Notes: a model not told the origin generated them from the sequence alone. DNA of 55,793 nt from Coleofasciculus sp. B1-GNL1-01 (GCA_040220235.1 JAVJTO010000172.1), one strand, 5' to 3'; positions 40,302 to 51,257 are shown, numbered from the stretch's first letter. Numbers and translations: made by a program.

Positions 40302-41420
40302 ATGAACGCAGGAATTGACCTTCAAGGAAGTTTTATTGAATCGCTTAAAGATTTTGGCATCCCCAGTGGTGCTGCCAAGGCGATGTGGATGCCCCTGCCG
40401 ATGTTCCTGATGATTATCGGTGCCACCGTGGGTGTCCTTGTCGTAGTCTGGCTGGAACGAAAAATTTCTGCTGCGGCTCAACAGCGGATTGGTCCGGAAT
40501 ATGCCGGACCTATGGGTGTTCTGCAAGCCGTCGCCGATGGTCTAAAGTTGGTGTTTAAGGAAGATATCGTTCCCGCCAAGTCAGACCGATGGCTATTTAC
40601 TCTCGGACCCATACTCGTCGTCATCCCCGTCTTTTTGTCGTACCTGATTGTCCCCTTTGGACAAAACCTGGTAATTACTAACGTAGGACTGGGGATATTT
40701 CTCTGGATTGCCCTGTCAAGTATTCAGCCCATTGGGTTGCTGATGTCAGGCTATGCCTCCAATAACAAGTATTCCCTACTTGGGGGGTTAAGAGCAGCCG
40801 CACAGTCGATTAGTTACGAAATTCCCCTAGCGCTGGCGGTATTGGCAGTGGTGATGATGTCCAATAGCCTAAGTACCATCGATATTGTGGAACAGCAATC
40901 CGGGTATGGCATCTTAGGCTGGAATATTTGGCGTCAACCCGTTGGCTTTTTGATTTTTTGGATTGCCGCATTAGCTGAATGTGAGCGACTTCCCTTTGAC
41001 CTACCCGAAGCTGAGGAAGAACTGGTTGCTGGCTATCAAACCGAATATGCTGGCATGAAATTTGGTTTGTTTTACATCGGGTCTTACGTTAACCTAGTCC
41101 TTTCTGCTGTTTTAGTGGCAGTGCTGTATTTAGGTGGTTGGGAATTCCCGATTCCCCTTGACCGATTATCCACTTGGCTAGGCGTGAGTGAAACCAGTTC
41201 CTGGTTACAGGTAATTACCGCTTCTCTGGGAATTACCATGACCTTACTTAAAGCTTACTTTCTCGTCTTTATTGCGGTTCTGCTGCGTTGGACAGTTCCC
41301 CGTGTACGGATTGACCAACTCCTAAATTTAGGCTGGAAGTTCCTTTTACCGATTGGATTAGTGAACCTGTTGTTGACGGCGGCGCTTAAACTCACCTTTC
41401 CCGTGGCATTCGGGGGTTGA
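40302..41420 (+). CDS. ndhA: NDH-1 subunit NdhA
   Basis: [37 protein letters not shown]. Confidence 0.97.
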   Translation: MNAGIDLQGSFIESLKDFGIPSGAAKAMWMPLPMFLMIIGATVGVLVVVWLERKISAAAQQRIGPEYAGPMGVLQAVADGLKLVFKEDIVPAKSDRWLFTLGPILVVIPVFLSYLIVPFGQNLVITNVGLGIFLWIALSSIQPIGLLMSGYASNNKYSLLGGLRAAAQSISYEIPLALAVLAVVMMSNSLSTIDIVEQQSGYGILGWNIWRQPVGFLIFWIAALAECERLPFDLPEAEEELVAGYQTEYAGMKFGLFYIGSYVNLVLSAVLVAVLYLGGWEFPIPLDRLSTWLGVSETSSWLQVITASLGITMTLLKAYFLVFIAVLLRWTVPRVRIDQLLNLGWKFLLPIGLVNLLLTAALKLTFPVAFGG

Positions 41421-41495
41421 TTGTTGATGGGTCATTGATCATTAGTCATGATGACAAATGACAAAAGACGAATGACAAAGGACGAATAACAAATT

Positions 41496-42119
41496 ATGCT
41501 CAAGTTCCTCAAACAAGTTGGCGATTACGCCAAAGAAACAGCTCAAGCTGCCCGTTATATTGGTCAAGGTTTATCTGTAACCTTCGACCACATGCAGCGC
41601 CGTCCCGTTACTGTGCAGTATCCCTATGAAAAACTGATTCCTTCTGAACGGTATCGGGGTCGGATTCACTTTGAATTTGACAAGTGTATTTCTTGCGAAG
41701 TCTGTGTGCGAGTTTGCCCGATTAATCTTCCAGTGGTAGACTACGAGTTCGATAAAGCGAGTAAGAAAAAGAATCTCAAGCACTATAGTATTGACTTTGG
41801 GGTTTGTATTTTCTGCGCGAACTGCATTGAATACTGTCCCACCAACTGTCTTTCGGCGACAGAAGAGTACGAAATGTCTACCTACGATCGCCATGAACTC
41901 AATTATGATAATGTGGCGATGGGACGCCTGCCGTATAAGGTGACGCAAGACCCGATGGTTACGCCGTTACGGGAACTGGCATACCTACCCAAGGGAGTTA
42001 CAGATCCCCACGATTTACCGCCAGGTTCTCGACGTGCTGGTTTGCGTCCGGAAGAAATTGTCGAGCAAATGGAACCGGCTGAAGCAGAGAAAGAAGAAGA
42101 AACAGCGAAGAATGCTTAA
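41496..42119 (+). CDS. ndhI: NDH-1 subunit NdhI
   Basis: Two 4Fe-4S motifs, [12 protein letters not shown] and [12 protein letters not shown]. Confidence 0.97.
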   Translation: MLKFLKQVGDYAKETAQAARYIGQGLSVTFDHMQRRPVTVQYPYEKLIPSERYRGRIHFEFDKCISCEVCVRVCPINLPVVDYEFDKASKKKNLKHYSIDFGVCIFCANCIEYCPTNCLSATEEYEMSTYDRHELNYDNVAMGRLPYKVTQDPMVTPLRELAYLPKGVTDPHDLPPGSRRAGLRPEEIVEQMEPAEAEKEEETAKNA

Positions 42120-42124
42120 AGCTG

Positions 42125-42151
42125 ATCCCACGGAGTCCTTTTCCGTGGGAT
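42125..42151 (+). terminator. Intergenic stem-loop ATCCCACGGA...TCCGTGGGAT between ndhI and ndhG
   Basis: 10-bp perfect stem. Could be a stabilising hairpin rather than a terminator. Confidence 0.5.
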
Positions 42152-42192
42152 TAATCTGTGATTTTAATTAGAGTGCAAGGAGTGAAGGTACA

Positions 42193-42819
42193 GTGGATCT
42201 AGCCCAAGGGGTTCAGTTTGTTTCATTTGTGATTTTGTCGGTCATGATGATTGGGTCAGCCTTAGGCGTTGTCCTACTCAGTAATATCGTTTATTCAGCA
42301 TTTTTACTGGGCGGTGTCTTCATTAGTATGGCGGGGTTTTACCTGTTGCTTAATGCTGATTTTGTCGCCGCCGCGCAAATTTTGGTTTATGTGGGTGCGG
42401 TGAATGTGCTAATTTTGTTTGCCATTATGTTGGTGAACAAGCGAGAAGATTTTACGCCGATCACAAATCGTTGGATTCGTCAAGGTGCAACCGCACTGGT
42501 TTGTCTGGGTTTATTTGCCTTGCTGGGGACGATGGTATTAGCAACACCTTGGTCGATTTATTCAGGTACGGCGGTTCTCGGTGAAGGGTCAGTAGTGGAG
42601 ATTGGTAAACATTTCTTCAGTGACTTTTTACTACCCTTTGAACTCGCCTCAGTACTGTTATTGATGGCGATGGTGGGAGCGATTATTTTGGCACGTCGCG
42701 ATTTTATTCCAGAGAGTTTGGTGCCTCGCGATACATCAGAAACTGAGTATTCTACCTTACCCGAACGTCAGCGTCAGTTGGCATCTGTAGGCGGAGAGTC
42801 TCAAAAAAGCACTCGATAA
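42193..42819 (+). CDS. ndhG: NDH-1 subunit NdhG
   Basis: AAQILVYVGAVNVLILFAIML, LPFELASVLLL. Confidence 0.96.
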   Translation: MDLAQGVQFVSFVILSVMMIGSALGVVLLSNIVYSAFLLGGVFISMAGFYLLLNADFVAAAQILVYVGAVNVLILFAIMLVNKREDFTPITNRWIRQGATALVCLGLFALLGTMVLATPWSIYSGTAVLGEGSVVEIGKHFFSDFLLPFELASVLLLMAMVGAIILARRDFIPESLVPRDTSETEYSTLPERQRQLASVGGESQKSTR

Positions 42820-42984
42820 AACGTATTATGGTAGGGGCAGCAATAGGGGGTGTAGGGGCGGGTTTAGCCTTTCAATAGACTTTGTGACTGATAAGGTATC
42901 AACAAAACCCGCCCGACTGAGTTACCGATAACTGAGCAACAAAACCCGCCCGATTGTCAAACATCAAACATTAAACGTCAATTC

Positions 42985-43296
42985 ATGGAACTACAACTTC
43001 AATATTTTTTACTGCTAGCGGCGGCTCTGTTTTGCATTGGTATCTATGGCTTAATTACCAGTCGCAATGCTGTGCGCGTGTTAATGTCTATTGAACTGCT
43101 GTTGAATGCGGTCAATTTGAATTTAATGGGGTTTTCTAATTTTATTGACCCTGTAGGAATTAAAGGTCAGGTGTTTACGGTATTTGTGATTACAGTAGCG
43201 GCGGCTGAAGCGGCGGTTGGGTTGGCAATTGTGCTGTCGATTTATCGCAATCGCGACACCATTGATATGGAGCAATTTAATTTGCTGAAGTGGTAA
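42985..43296 (+). CDS. ndhE: NDH-1 subunit NdhE
   Basis: [30 protein letters not shown]. Confidence 0.96.
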   Translation: MELQLQYFLLLAAALFCIGIYGLITSRNAVRVLMSIELLLNAVNLNLMGFSNFIDPVGIKGQVFTVFVITVAAAEAAVGLAIVLSIYRNRDTIDMEQFNLLKW

Positions 43297-43304
43297 GCTT
43301 GAGC

Positions 43305-43870
43305 CTAGAACTAAAGTTCTGGCTCAAAGCTTAAACCCGTTAAAACGGGTTCAAGCCAGGGAAGCCGGGGGGAAAAATTTAGGGTCTGCTGAATAAGTTT
43401 TGTGGTGGGGTTAGAGAGCAGGGGAAGCAGAGGAAGCAGAGGAAGCCGGGGGAGCAATGGTACATTTTCCGTGATTCTACCGCCATAGTTTTGATAGATA
43501 GTCTCAAATTTCCTTGAAGATGAACAGCTTTCTCTACGGCTCCAAGTGTTGATAGCTAAGGGTTTTGGCTTTCTACAACAAGCCCCAATTAAATTTAGAG
43601 CTGATCCGAAAAGTATGGCGTAGGGTGGACATTGCCCACCAGCTTTAAGTCAGTACCATTCGACTTAAGCTATAGCAAATCGCTCTGGTGTATTTACAAC
43701 TCCCGTACCTGAAACTGAGTCCAGATGGGATGTTCGTACAAACAAAGTGTAACTAGACCAGCGCGAAGCGCTATAAATGGCGCTGACTCGCATAACCTGG
43801 AAATAAATGAATTAACTCTTTGAACCCGTTTCAACGGGTTTTAGCTTTTAGCCCCAACTTTAGTTGAGGG
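43305..43870. mobile_element. Nested MITE/REP cluster: outer inverted units (43305-43355 / 43818-43870) around a TGCTGAATAAG MITE (43380-43586) and a TATAGC...GCTATA element (43671-43775)
   Basis: Both outer units contain AACCCGTT...AACGGGTT palindromes and are inverted relative to each other. Confidence 0.65.
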
Positions 43871-43920
43871 CTTAAGTTAGCTCCCCTCAAACTGTTTATA
43901 GTCAACTATCCTCCCTTAGT

Positions 43921-45891
43921 TTAACTACCTTTCTCACAACGCCAAACTTTAATCGTTTTATCCATACTGCCACTCACAAGTGTCTCACCATCGGGGCTAA
44001 AGGCAACAGCATAGACTTCCCAGCTATGCCCATTTAAAGTAGCAATAGTTTGCCTATCGTACAGTTGCCAAATCTTAATCGTTTTATCCATACTACCACT
44101 GGCTAAGGTGTATCCATTGGGACTAAAAGCTAATGTCCGTACTCGTTGAGTATGACCCCTAAGCGTACCAAGTTCCCGTCTTGTCTCTAACTGCCAGAGT
44201 GTAATTGTGCCATCGCTTTTTCCAGTGGCCAGGAGTTGCCCATCGGGGCTAAAGGCGACGGAATAGAAAAAGCCGAAACGTAACTGGCTATCGCCAAAAC
44301 TATCCTGTTCCTCCCCTGTACTGATTTGCCATACTTTCACCGTTCCATCCCCACTAACACTGGCAATACTTTCTCCATCGGGACTGATGGCAACATCATT
44401 AATATAGGAAGTATGTCCTGTAAGTGTTTGTAATTCCTCAGTCTGTGGAATATGCCATAACTTAATCGTGCCATCATTGCTACCACTGGCTAATATCTCT
44501 CCATCGGGACTAATGGCGAGGGAACTAATCCATTTCTTATGACCCGTGAGAGTTAAAATAAGTTGTCCATTCTCTACCTGCCAAAGTTTGATGGTTTGGT
44601 CATAACTTCCTGTGGCTAAATATTGACTATCCGGTGTAAAGGCGACAGCACAGACTCGTTCAAGATGACCATTTAGAGTATGATACTCTTGTCCTTCAGG
44701 TAACTGCCATAACATCGCTGTGGTGTCTGCACTACCACTAGCCAGAATTAAGCCATCGGGACTAATCGCCACCGCTTCTACCGAACCCCAATGTCCATCT
44801 AAGGTTTGCATCACTTGCCAATTAGTTAAGGGAGGATGAGAGGGAGGTTGGAGGATTAGGGGATTTGCTGGAGTTGAGGCGATCGCGCTTTGACCTCCTT
44901 TCCCCTGAAATCCTGACAGGCTAATCGATTGAGGCGATAGCGATGGCGTAGAATGTTGAGCTAGGGAAATCGAGGGGAGTTGATTTAAATCCCGCAGAAC
45001 TTCAGCGACAGATTGATAACGGTGATTGGTGGCTCGTTTCAAGAGTTTATCTAAAATAGAGCCTAATTCATCACTAATCAAATTAGTTTTTAAGTAACGC
45101 CGCCATACCCAGGTATCCTCCCCTGTATCAAACAATTGTTCAGGAGATGTTTGCGTGAGTAAATGAATACAACTGACACCTAAACTATACAAATCACTGG
45201 CAAAAATAGCTTTTCCTTTCGCTTGTTCTGGAGCGATATAATCCGGTGTACCCACAGTCGTTCCCGTTTTTGTTGTCCCAATGGCATGTTTAGCCGCACC
45301 AAAATCAACTAAAACCAAATTTCCCTTAATCACACCTTCCGCATTTTCCTCTGTTTCTCCTATATAAATATGCCGACGACGAATAATATTTTCCGGCTTA
45401 ATATCGCGATGAATCACAGAACGCGAGTGGATAAACTCAAGGATCGAGAGCAAATCTCGCAGCATCTCCCGAATCTGCTGTTCGTTAAATACCCCCTCTT
45501 TTGCCAAGATTTGGGCTAAATTTTGCCCATCAATAAACTCTTGGACTAAATATTGGCGATTATCCTGGGTAAAATGAGCCAGCAATTCGGGAATCTGGGG
45601 ATGTTTCCCCAACTCATCCAAACGCACGGCTTCTCGTTCAAATAATTCTGTCGCTTTTTGGACATCGCTTGTCCCTTGGTAGAGGGGAAAAAACTGCTTA
45701 ATCACACATTGAGGTTTCGAGGGTTTATCCTCATCCACCGCTAAAAACGTTTTGCCAAACCCCCCTTGTCCAATCAATCCCAGACTGCGGTAACGTTCTC
45801 GCAGCAACAGTTTAGAACCACAACGTCGGCAAAACCGCATCCCATCCGGGTTCTGGGGGCGATCGCAGTTAGGATTGAGACAATAGCTCAT
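43921..45891 (-). CDS. Ser/Thr protein kinase with C-terminal WD40 repeats
   Basis: MSYCLNPNC Zn motif; GQGGFG, HRDIKPEN, DFG, APE; seven GH...W repeats. Confidence 0.95.
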   Translation of the reverse strand: MSYCLNPNCDRPQNPDGMRFCRRCGSKLLLRERYRSLGLIGQGGFGKTFLAVDEDKPSKPQCVIKQFFPLYQGTSDVQKATELFEREAVRLDELGKHPQIPELLAHFTQDNRQYLVQEFIDGQNLAQILAKEGVFNEQQIREMLRDLLSILEFIHSRSVIHRDIKPENIIRRRHIYIGETEENAEGVIKGNLVLVDFGAAKHAIGTTKTGTTVGTPDYIAPEQAKGKAIFASDLYSLGVSCIHLLTQTSPEQLFDTGEDTWVWRRYLKTNLISDELGSILDKLLKRATNHRYQSVAEVLRDLNQLPSISLAQHSTPSLSPQSISLSGFQGKGGQSAIASTPANPLILQPPSHPPLTNWQVMQTLDGHWGSVEAVAISPDGLILASGSADTTAMLWQLPEGQEYHTLNGHLERVCAVAFTPDSQYLATGSYDQTIKLWQVENGQLILTLTGHKKWISSLAISPDGEILASGSNDGTIKLWHIPQTEELQTLTGHTSYINDVAISPDGESIASVSGDGTVKVWQISTGEEQDSFGDSQLRFGFFYSVAFSPDGQLLATGKSDGTITLWQLETRRELGTLRGHTQRVRTLAFSPNGYTLASGSMDKTIKIWQLYDRQTIATLNGHSWEVYAVAFSPDGETLVSGSMDKTIKVWRCEKGS

Positions 45892-45947
45892 CAGCCAAGG
45901 GATATAAAGCCTTCGTCTCTATTTTGGCTTGATCAGGGCACATTGCT

Positions 45948-45974
45948 TATAATAAATGAACATAACTATGTACA
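45948..45974 (+). promoter_or_regulatory. -10 box plus YefM-type operator (TGAACA / TGTACA, 12 bp apart)
   Basis: TATAAT at 45948-45953, TGAACA at 45957-45962, TGTACA at 45969-45974. Confidence 0.6.
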
Positions 45975-45981
45975 TCAGCTT

Positions 45982-46287
45982 ATGCTTCCCTACGAAATCA
46001 CATCCCCAACAGAGGCACGAAATGGTTTTTTCCAGTTATTAGAACAGGTGGTACAAAATCATCAGATCTATATCATAAACCGCCGTGATGGTGAAAATGT
46101 TGCTTTGATTTCAGAGTCTGATTTAACCAGTTTAGTTGAAACTGTTTATCTATTTAGATCACCTACCAATGCTCGTCGGTTATTGGATGCTATAGAGGAA
46201 TCTAAAACCGGAAAAATTAAACCTCAAACAATTGAAGAACTTGAGCAGGAGTTAGGGATTGAGCAAGAAAAAGAAAAAGAAAACTGA
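45982..46287 (+). CDS. yefM: Phd/YefM family antitoxin
   Basis: SPTEARNGFFQLLEQV...INRRDGENVALIS...ETVYLFRSPTNARRL; overlaps the toxin start. Confidence 0.88.
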   Translation: MLPYEITSPTEARNGFFQLLEQVVQNHQIYIINRRDGENVALISESDLTSLVETVYLFRSPTNARRLLDAIEESKTGKIKPQTIEELEQELGIEQEKEKEN

Positions 46288-46576
46288 ATCTGAACAGAGT
46301 AAGCCAGTAGTCGTTACTCGAATTCCTGGTTTTAGCTCTCAATTCAAAGAAGATCTAGCCTGGTGGTTTAAGCACGATTTTCAGAAAGCCTCAAAAATAT
46401 TGGATTTAGTCACGGCTGTCATGCAAGATCCTTTTGCTGGAATTGGTAAACCTGAACCTTTGAAGTATATGGAAGCAAATATATGGTCACGGCGCATTGA
46501 CCTAGAGCATCGACTTGTCTATCGAGTTGAAAATCTTCAGATTGATTTTTTAGGGTGTAGGTATCATTATGAATAA
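46259..46576 (+). CDS. yoeB: Txe/YoeB family toxin
   Basis: DPFAGIGKPEPLKY...WSRRIDLEHRLVY...CRYHY. Confidence 0.93.
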   Translation: MSKKKKKKTESEQSKPVVVTRIPGFSSQFKEDLAWWFKHDFQKASKILDLVTAVMQDPFAGIGKPEPLKYMEANIWSRRIDLEHRLVYRVENLQIDFLGCRYHYE

Positions 46577-46733
46577 CTAATCACTCAACTCACCTGCTAT
46601 CCTGCTATATCATTTCCGACTGTTTCTCCAATTTCATAACGTTTCACTTCAAATACCTCCAATTTCTCTGCGCCCCTCTGCGCTTCTCTCTGCGTCCCTG
46701 GAGCGTTAAAATATAATCCCAATACCCCCATTA

Positions 46734-48797
46734 TCAACACCGCCAAATCCTAATCGTTTTATCCGAACTCCCACTCACCACAGTCTTTCTATCCGGACTA
46801 ATTGCCACAGAATACACCGCACCGTTATGCCCTTTCAGAATATCAATTATTTTCCCGGTACTTAACTGCCAAAGCTGCACCGTCTCATCCGAACTCCCAC
46901 TGACAAGAACCTTTCCATCCCGACTCATAGCCAGTGAATTAACCGAACCAAAATTCCCCGACAAGGTACTCATTTCTTTACCCGTTCCCAAATACCAAAG
47001 CTTAATCGTTTGATCCGCACTACCACTGGCAATCATTTTACCATCAGGACTAAATACCAGTGACTTAACCGCCGCTTTATGTCCACTCAACGTCATCATT
47101 AATTGACCAGTGGTTAAATCCCAAACCTTAATCGTCTTATCATCACTCCCACTGGCAAGAATCTGACCCTTGGGACTAATCGCCACGGCATTAACTCGCC
47201 CTAGCCAATCGGAATGCTGAATCGATAGGGGAATTTCTTTGCCAATTTCCAGATTCCACAGTTTAATTGTTCGATCATCACTCCCACTAATTAAACGTTG
47301 CCCATCTTGACTAAAGACAATGGATTTAACTGAACTTGAATGTCCCATCAGAGTATAGAGTTCCTGTCCCGTTTCTAACGCCCATACCTTAATCGTATAA
47401 TCATTATTACCACAGGCAAGCCGTTTCCCATCGGGACTAAACGCAATTGATTTTATGCCATTAAACCAGGCAAAGTTTTTAGCCAAAATTCCCATCTCCT
47501 GACCCGTTTTTAATTGCCAAAGTCGGAGGGTTTGGTCATCACTGCCACTGGCAAAAATCCCTCCCTGGGGACTAATCGCCACCGCATTAACCTTACCTGA
47601 ATGAGCCGTCAAGGTTTGTAAACAATGCCATTCCTGGGTAATTAAACCAGACTCGGTGCGAGTTTCCAGTGTCGTTAGTTCCGTCCATACATCTTGCAGA
47701 GAATTACCAATCTGATGCATTGTTTTGCCCACTCCCTGAAGTCCGGCGTCGAGTTCATGTCTTAACATTGCCAGAGAAAGGGATGAGGGTTCTGGTGTTG
47801 CTGGAGCGTTTTTGAGCGGTGAGGGTAATCGATTTTTATCCTTAATATCTTGCAGTTTATAGATTGTCCTCTGAAGTTGAACAATTGTCTCCTTAAGTTG
47901 TTCAATCTGTTGGTGTCGCTGGGAATTTACCTGTTGCGCGTTGGTTTCCAGGTGAGAGACTTGCTGGTTCAGGGGTTCAATGTAGTCATACCATTTCGCG
48001 ATCGCCTCTTTTAATTGTCCCAGCTTTAATCCTTGGTCGGTAACCTGTGGTGTTAAGGTGTCGAGTTGAGTTTTCAGGGGTTCAAGCTGTTCCTGAACCT
48101 GAGTAATAATCGCATCATGCTGTTGCTGGTTGGCGACGCTAAATTCAGCAAACCGTTGTTGAGTTTGGCTATCCAGGCGAATCAGTTCCTGGTTGAGGGT
48201 GTCAATAAGGGGGTTAATATAAGCCAGAATTCCTTCCGCTTGTAGGTGTTGTAATGCGTGTAATTGATCCAGTTGGGTTTGGGTTTGGCGATCGCGCTGT
48301 TGGGTTGTCTCGTCGAGTTGAGTTAAATGCAGCTGTAGAGGATGGATGAGTTGATAGATGTGGGCGATAATTTCGGCGTGTTGTTGCTGATTCGCGGTAT
48401 TAAATTGTTCCAGTTGGTCTTGGCTACGGTTATCCAGTTGAATCAGTTGTTGATTCAGGGGTTCAATTAGCTGATGAATTTTCGCGATCGCCGCCTTATA
48501 CTGTTGAGCATTAACATCCTTAAGGTGACTGATACGCTCCTGAGTCTGGATATCCAGTTGAGAGAATTGCTCGTGAATCGGTTCTAGATTGTGATACACC
48601 TGCGCGATCGCTGTATCTTGGTGCTGACGGTTGAGTTGATGCAGCCGTTGACGATTCAGAACATTCACCCCCAGCGTCAAGGTTAGGGGGGTAGCGGCGT
48701 AGACGACTTGCTGAGTCGCGGCGGCGATCGCGGTTCCTAAAAATGAACCCCCGATACAAACATATTCGGTAATATCGAGCCAGTGGCGTTGGGTCAT
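46734..48797 (-). CDS. Membrane-anchored coiled-coil WD40-repeat protein
   Basis: N-terminal hydrophobic segments, Gln-rich 40-aa repeats, seven WD40 repeats. Confidence 0.9.
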   Translation of the reverse strand: MTQRHWLDITEYVCIGGSFLGTAIAAATQQVVYAATPLTLTLGVNVLNRQRLHQLNRQHQDTAIAQVYHNLEPIHEQFSQLDIQTQERISHLKDVNAQQYKAAIAKIHQLIEPLNQQLIQLDNRSQDQLEQFNTANQQQHAEIIAHIYQLIHPLQLHLTQLDETTQQRDRQTQTQLDQLHALQHLQAEGILAYINPLIDTLNQELIRLDSQTQQRFAEFSVANQQQHDAIITQVQEQLEPLKTQLDTLTPQVTDQGLKLGQLKEAIAKWYDYIEPLNQQVSHLETNAQQVNSQRHQQIEQLKETIVQLQRTIYKLQDIKDKNRLPSPLKNAPATPEPSSLSLAMLRHELDAGLQGVGKTMHQIGNSLQDVWTELTTLETRTESGLITQEWHCLQTLTAHSGKVNAVAISPQGGIFASGSDDQTLRLWQLKTGQEMGILAKNFAWFNGIKSIAFSPDGKRLACGNNDYTIKVWALETGQELYTLMGHSSSVKSIVFSQDGQRLISGSDDRTIKLWNLEIGKEIPLSIQHSDWLGRVNAVAISPKGQILASGSDDKTIKVWDLTTGQLMMTLSGHKAAVKSLVFSPDGKMIASGSADQTIKLWYLGTGKEMSTLSGNFGSVNSLAMSRDGKVLVSGSSDETVQLWQLSTGKIIDILKGHNGAVYSVAISPDRKTVVSGSSDKTIRIWRC

Positions 48798-49015
48798 GGC
48801 TGTTCTGGTGGTGAGTTATCCCTGATTATCTTAATTATCTATCATCCCTCCAATTTGGGATTATAGTTTTTACCTCGTCCTGCGAGAAGCAACCCAGCCA
48901 TAATCAATGATTTGGCATAGAAGGCTTTGAACTACTCTTTGGATAGAGATCTCCCCAAACCTTAACCTGCTATGGTCTAACCAACGACTCAGTATAAATA
49001 GCAGGAGATCAACTC

Positions 49016-50995
49016 ATGCCCTTGAATGTCACCCAAAAACTGATTCAATCCCATCTGGTTTCCGGTACGATGGAACCTGGTGCAGAAATTGCCCTCCGGA
49101 TCGATCAGTCTTTGACCCAGGATGCCACAGGAACCATGGTCATGCTGGAGTTAGAAGCCATGGGTATTGATCGAGTTAAAACTGAACTTTCAGCACAATA
49201 CGTCGATCACAATCTCCTGCAAACCGACTATAAAAATGCCGATGATCATCTGTTTTTACGATCCGCCTGTCAACGGTTTGGCATTTGGTATAGTCGCCCT
49301 GGCAATGGTGTTAGCCATCCCGTTCAGATGGAACGGTTTGGTATTCCCGGCAAAACCTTGATTGGTTCCGATAGTCACACGCCAGCGGCAGGTTCCCTGG
49401 GAATGCTAGCCTTTGGCGCGGGCGGAATTGATGTGGCAATGGCAATGGCGGGGGAACCCATGTTTGTGAAAATGCCCAGAGTTTTGGGTGTCAAACTTTT
49501 GGGGAAATTACCCGATTGGGTTAGTGCGAAAGATGTTGTCCTGGAAATGTTGCGCCGCTACGATGTCCACGGCTGTCGGGGCATGATTATTGAATATTAT
49601 GGACCCGGACTTGCCCAACTCAGTGCCATGGATCGCCACGTTATCGCCAATATGGGAACGGAAATGGGAGCAACAACGACTGTTTTTCCCTCCGATGCTG
49701 AAATTAAGCGATTTTTAGAGGCTCAAGGGCGAGGACAGGATTGGGTAGAACTTGTCGCCGATGAGGACGCTGAATACGATGTCTATGACATGATTAATTT
49801 GTCGGAACTGGTTCCCTTAATTGCCTGTCCCAGTAGTCCTGGAAATGTTGTTCCGGTTACCGAAGTGCAGGGACGCCCCGTAAATCAGGTGGTGATTGGT
49901 TCCTCAGCAAATCCAGGGTTGCGTGATTTCTGGATAGTCAGCCAAATTGTGAAAGGACAAATTGTTCATGATCGCGTATCCTTTGATGTTAACCCAACCT
50001 CCCGCCAGGTGATTGAGAATTTAGCGGCAATGGATGACGCCTTTATGAATTTAATTCATGCTGGGGTACGATTTCATCAGGCAGGCTGTTTAGGTTGTAT
50101 CGGCATGGGACAAGCACCCGCTTCTGATCAAATCTCTTTACGGACAATGCCGCGTAACTTCCCTGGGCGTTCGGGAACGGCTGATGATCAAGTGTATTTG
50201 TGTAGTCCAGAAACGGCTGTAGCGGCGGCTATTACGGGGGAAATCACTGATCCGCGTGAGTTGGAACAGCGTTTTGGTATCACCTATCCCCAATTCATTG
50301 CCCCAGAAACGGAAATCATTAATACCGATATGTTAGTGGCTCCGCCAGACAATGGCAGGACAGTGGAACTGGAAAAGGGACCCAATATTAAATCCTTCCC
50401 CGAATTTGCCGCTTTACCCAATGACATTTCTGTGCCTGTGCTGTTGAAAGTGGAGGATAATATTTCTACCGATGAAATCTTACCCGCAGGGGCGCGGGTT
50501 TTACCCTATCGCAGTAATATTCCTGGCATTAGCCAGTTTGTCTATTACATGAAGGATGACACCTTTTGGCAACGGGCAGAAGCCGCAAAGGACAAATCTG
50601 GGGGTCATGTTATTGTTGGCGGAAGTAACTATGCTCAGGGTTCCAGCCGGGAACACGCCGCGATCGCACCCCGTTATTTGGGGCAAGTGGCTGTCTTAGC
50701 TAAATCTTATGCCCGAATTGGTTGGCAAAATCTGGTGAATTTTGGAATTATGCCCCTAGAGTTTGTCAATCCTCAGGATTACGACAGTATTAGCGAAGGG
50801 AATGAACTGGAAATTCTTGGCTTACGGGAAGCGTTAGAGGCAGGGCGTTCAATTCCTGTAAAGAACCTCACCAAGGACATCGTATATCCCATGACTCATA
50901 GCTTGAGTCCCCGTCAGGTAGAAATTATGCTTTGTGGTGGCTTAATCAATCACTTTAAAGCGAAATCACAAGTTGCTCAATCTGTCAATATCTAA
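49016..50995 (+). CDS. Aconitate hydratase (compact AcnA-superfamily type)
   Basis: TQDATGT, DHN, GSDSHT, CLGCIGMG, RNFPGR, STDEI, GSSREHAA. Confidence 0.9.
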   Translation: MPLNVTQKLIQSHLVSGTMEPGAEIALRIDQSLTQDATGTMVMLELEAMGIDRVKTELSAQYVDHNLLQTDYKNADDHLFLRSACQRFGIWYSRPGNGVSHPVQMERFGIPGKTLIGSDSHTPAAGSLGMLAFGAGGIDVAMAMAGEPMFVKMPRVLGVKLLGKLPDWVSAKDVVLEMLRRYDVHGCRGMIIEYYGPGLAQLSAMDRHVIANMGTEMGATTTVFPSDAEIKRFLEAQGRGQDWVELVADEDAEYDVYDMINLSELVPLIACPSSPGNVVPVTEVQGRPVNQVVIGSSANPGLRDFWIVSQIVKGQIVHDRVSFDVNPTSRQVIENLAAMDDAFMNLIHAGVRFHQAGCLGCIGMGQAPASDQISLRTMPRNFPGRSGTADDQVYLCSPETAVAAAITGEITDPRELEQRFGITYPQFIAPETEIINTDMLVAPPDNGRTVELEKGPNIKSFPEFAALPNDISVPVLLKVEDNISTDEILPAGARVLPYRSNIPGISQFVYYMKDDTFWQRAEAAKDKSGGHVIVGGSNYAQGSSREHAAIAPRYLGQVAVLAKSYARIGWQNLVNFGIMPLEFVNPQDYDSISEGNELEILGLREALEAGRSIPVKNLTKDIVYPMTHSLSPRQVEIMLCGGLINHFKAKSQVAQSVNI

Positions 50996-51170
50996 ATTTG
51001 GGTTAACTGTCCCCTTTTTGGTTGGTAGGGAAAAGCTACAGGACAGAAGTTTCAAACAAAAAAGTCCCCTTGGGTTCTAATGGAATTCAATTTTTCCCTA
51101 CACCCCACACCCTACACCCCACACCCTACCTATACCTCAAGTAGCTTGTCACCCTTCAGTTTTTTTTCCA

Positions 51171-51257
51171 CGGAGAGGGGGGGATTCGAACCCCCGATGG
51201 CTGTGACACCATAACAGATTTCGAGTCTGCCGCATTCAACCGCTCTGCCACCTCTCC
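51171..51257 (-). tRNA. trnS: tRNA-Ser (CGA)
   Basis: Minus strand GGAGAGGTGGCAGAGCGG...GCAGA CT CGA AA TCTGT, long variable arm, GGTTCGAATCC, CCTCTCCG. Confidence 0.95.

Noticed and set aside
45766..45981. Long N-terminal extension of the antitoxin
   Set aside because: It overlaps the kinase on the opposite strand; the promoter and operator point to ATG 45982.
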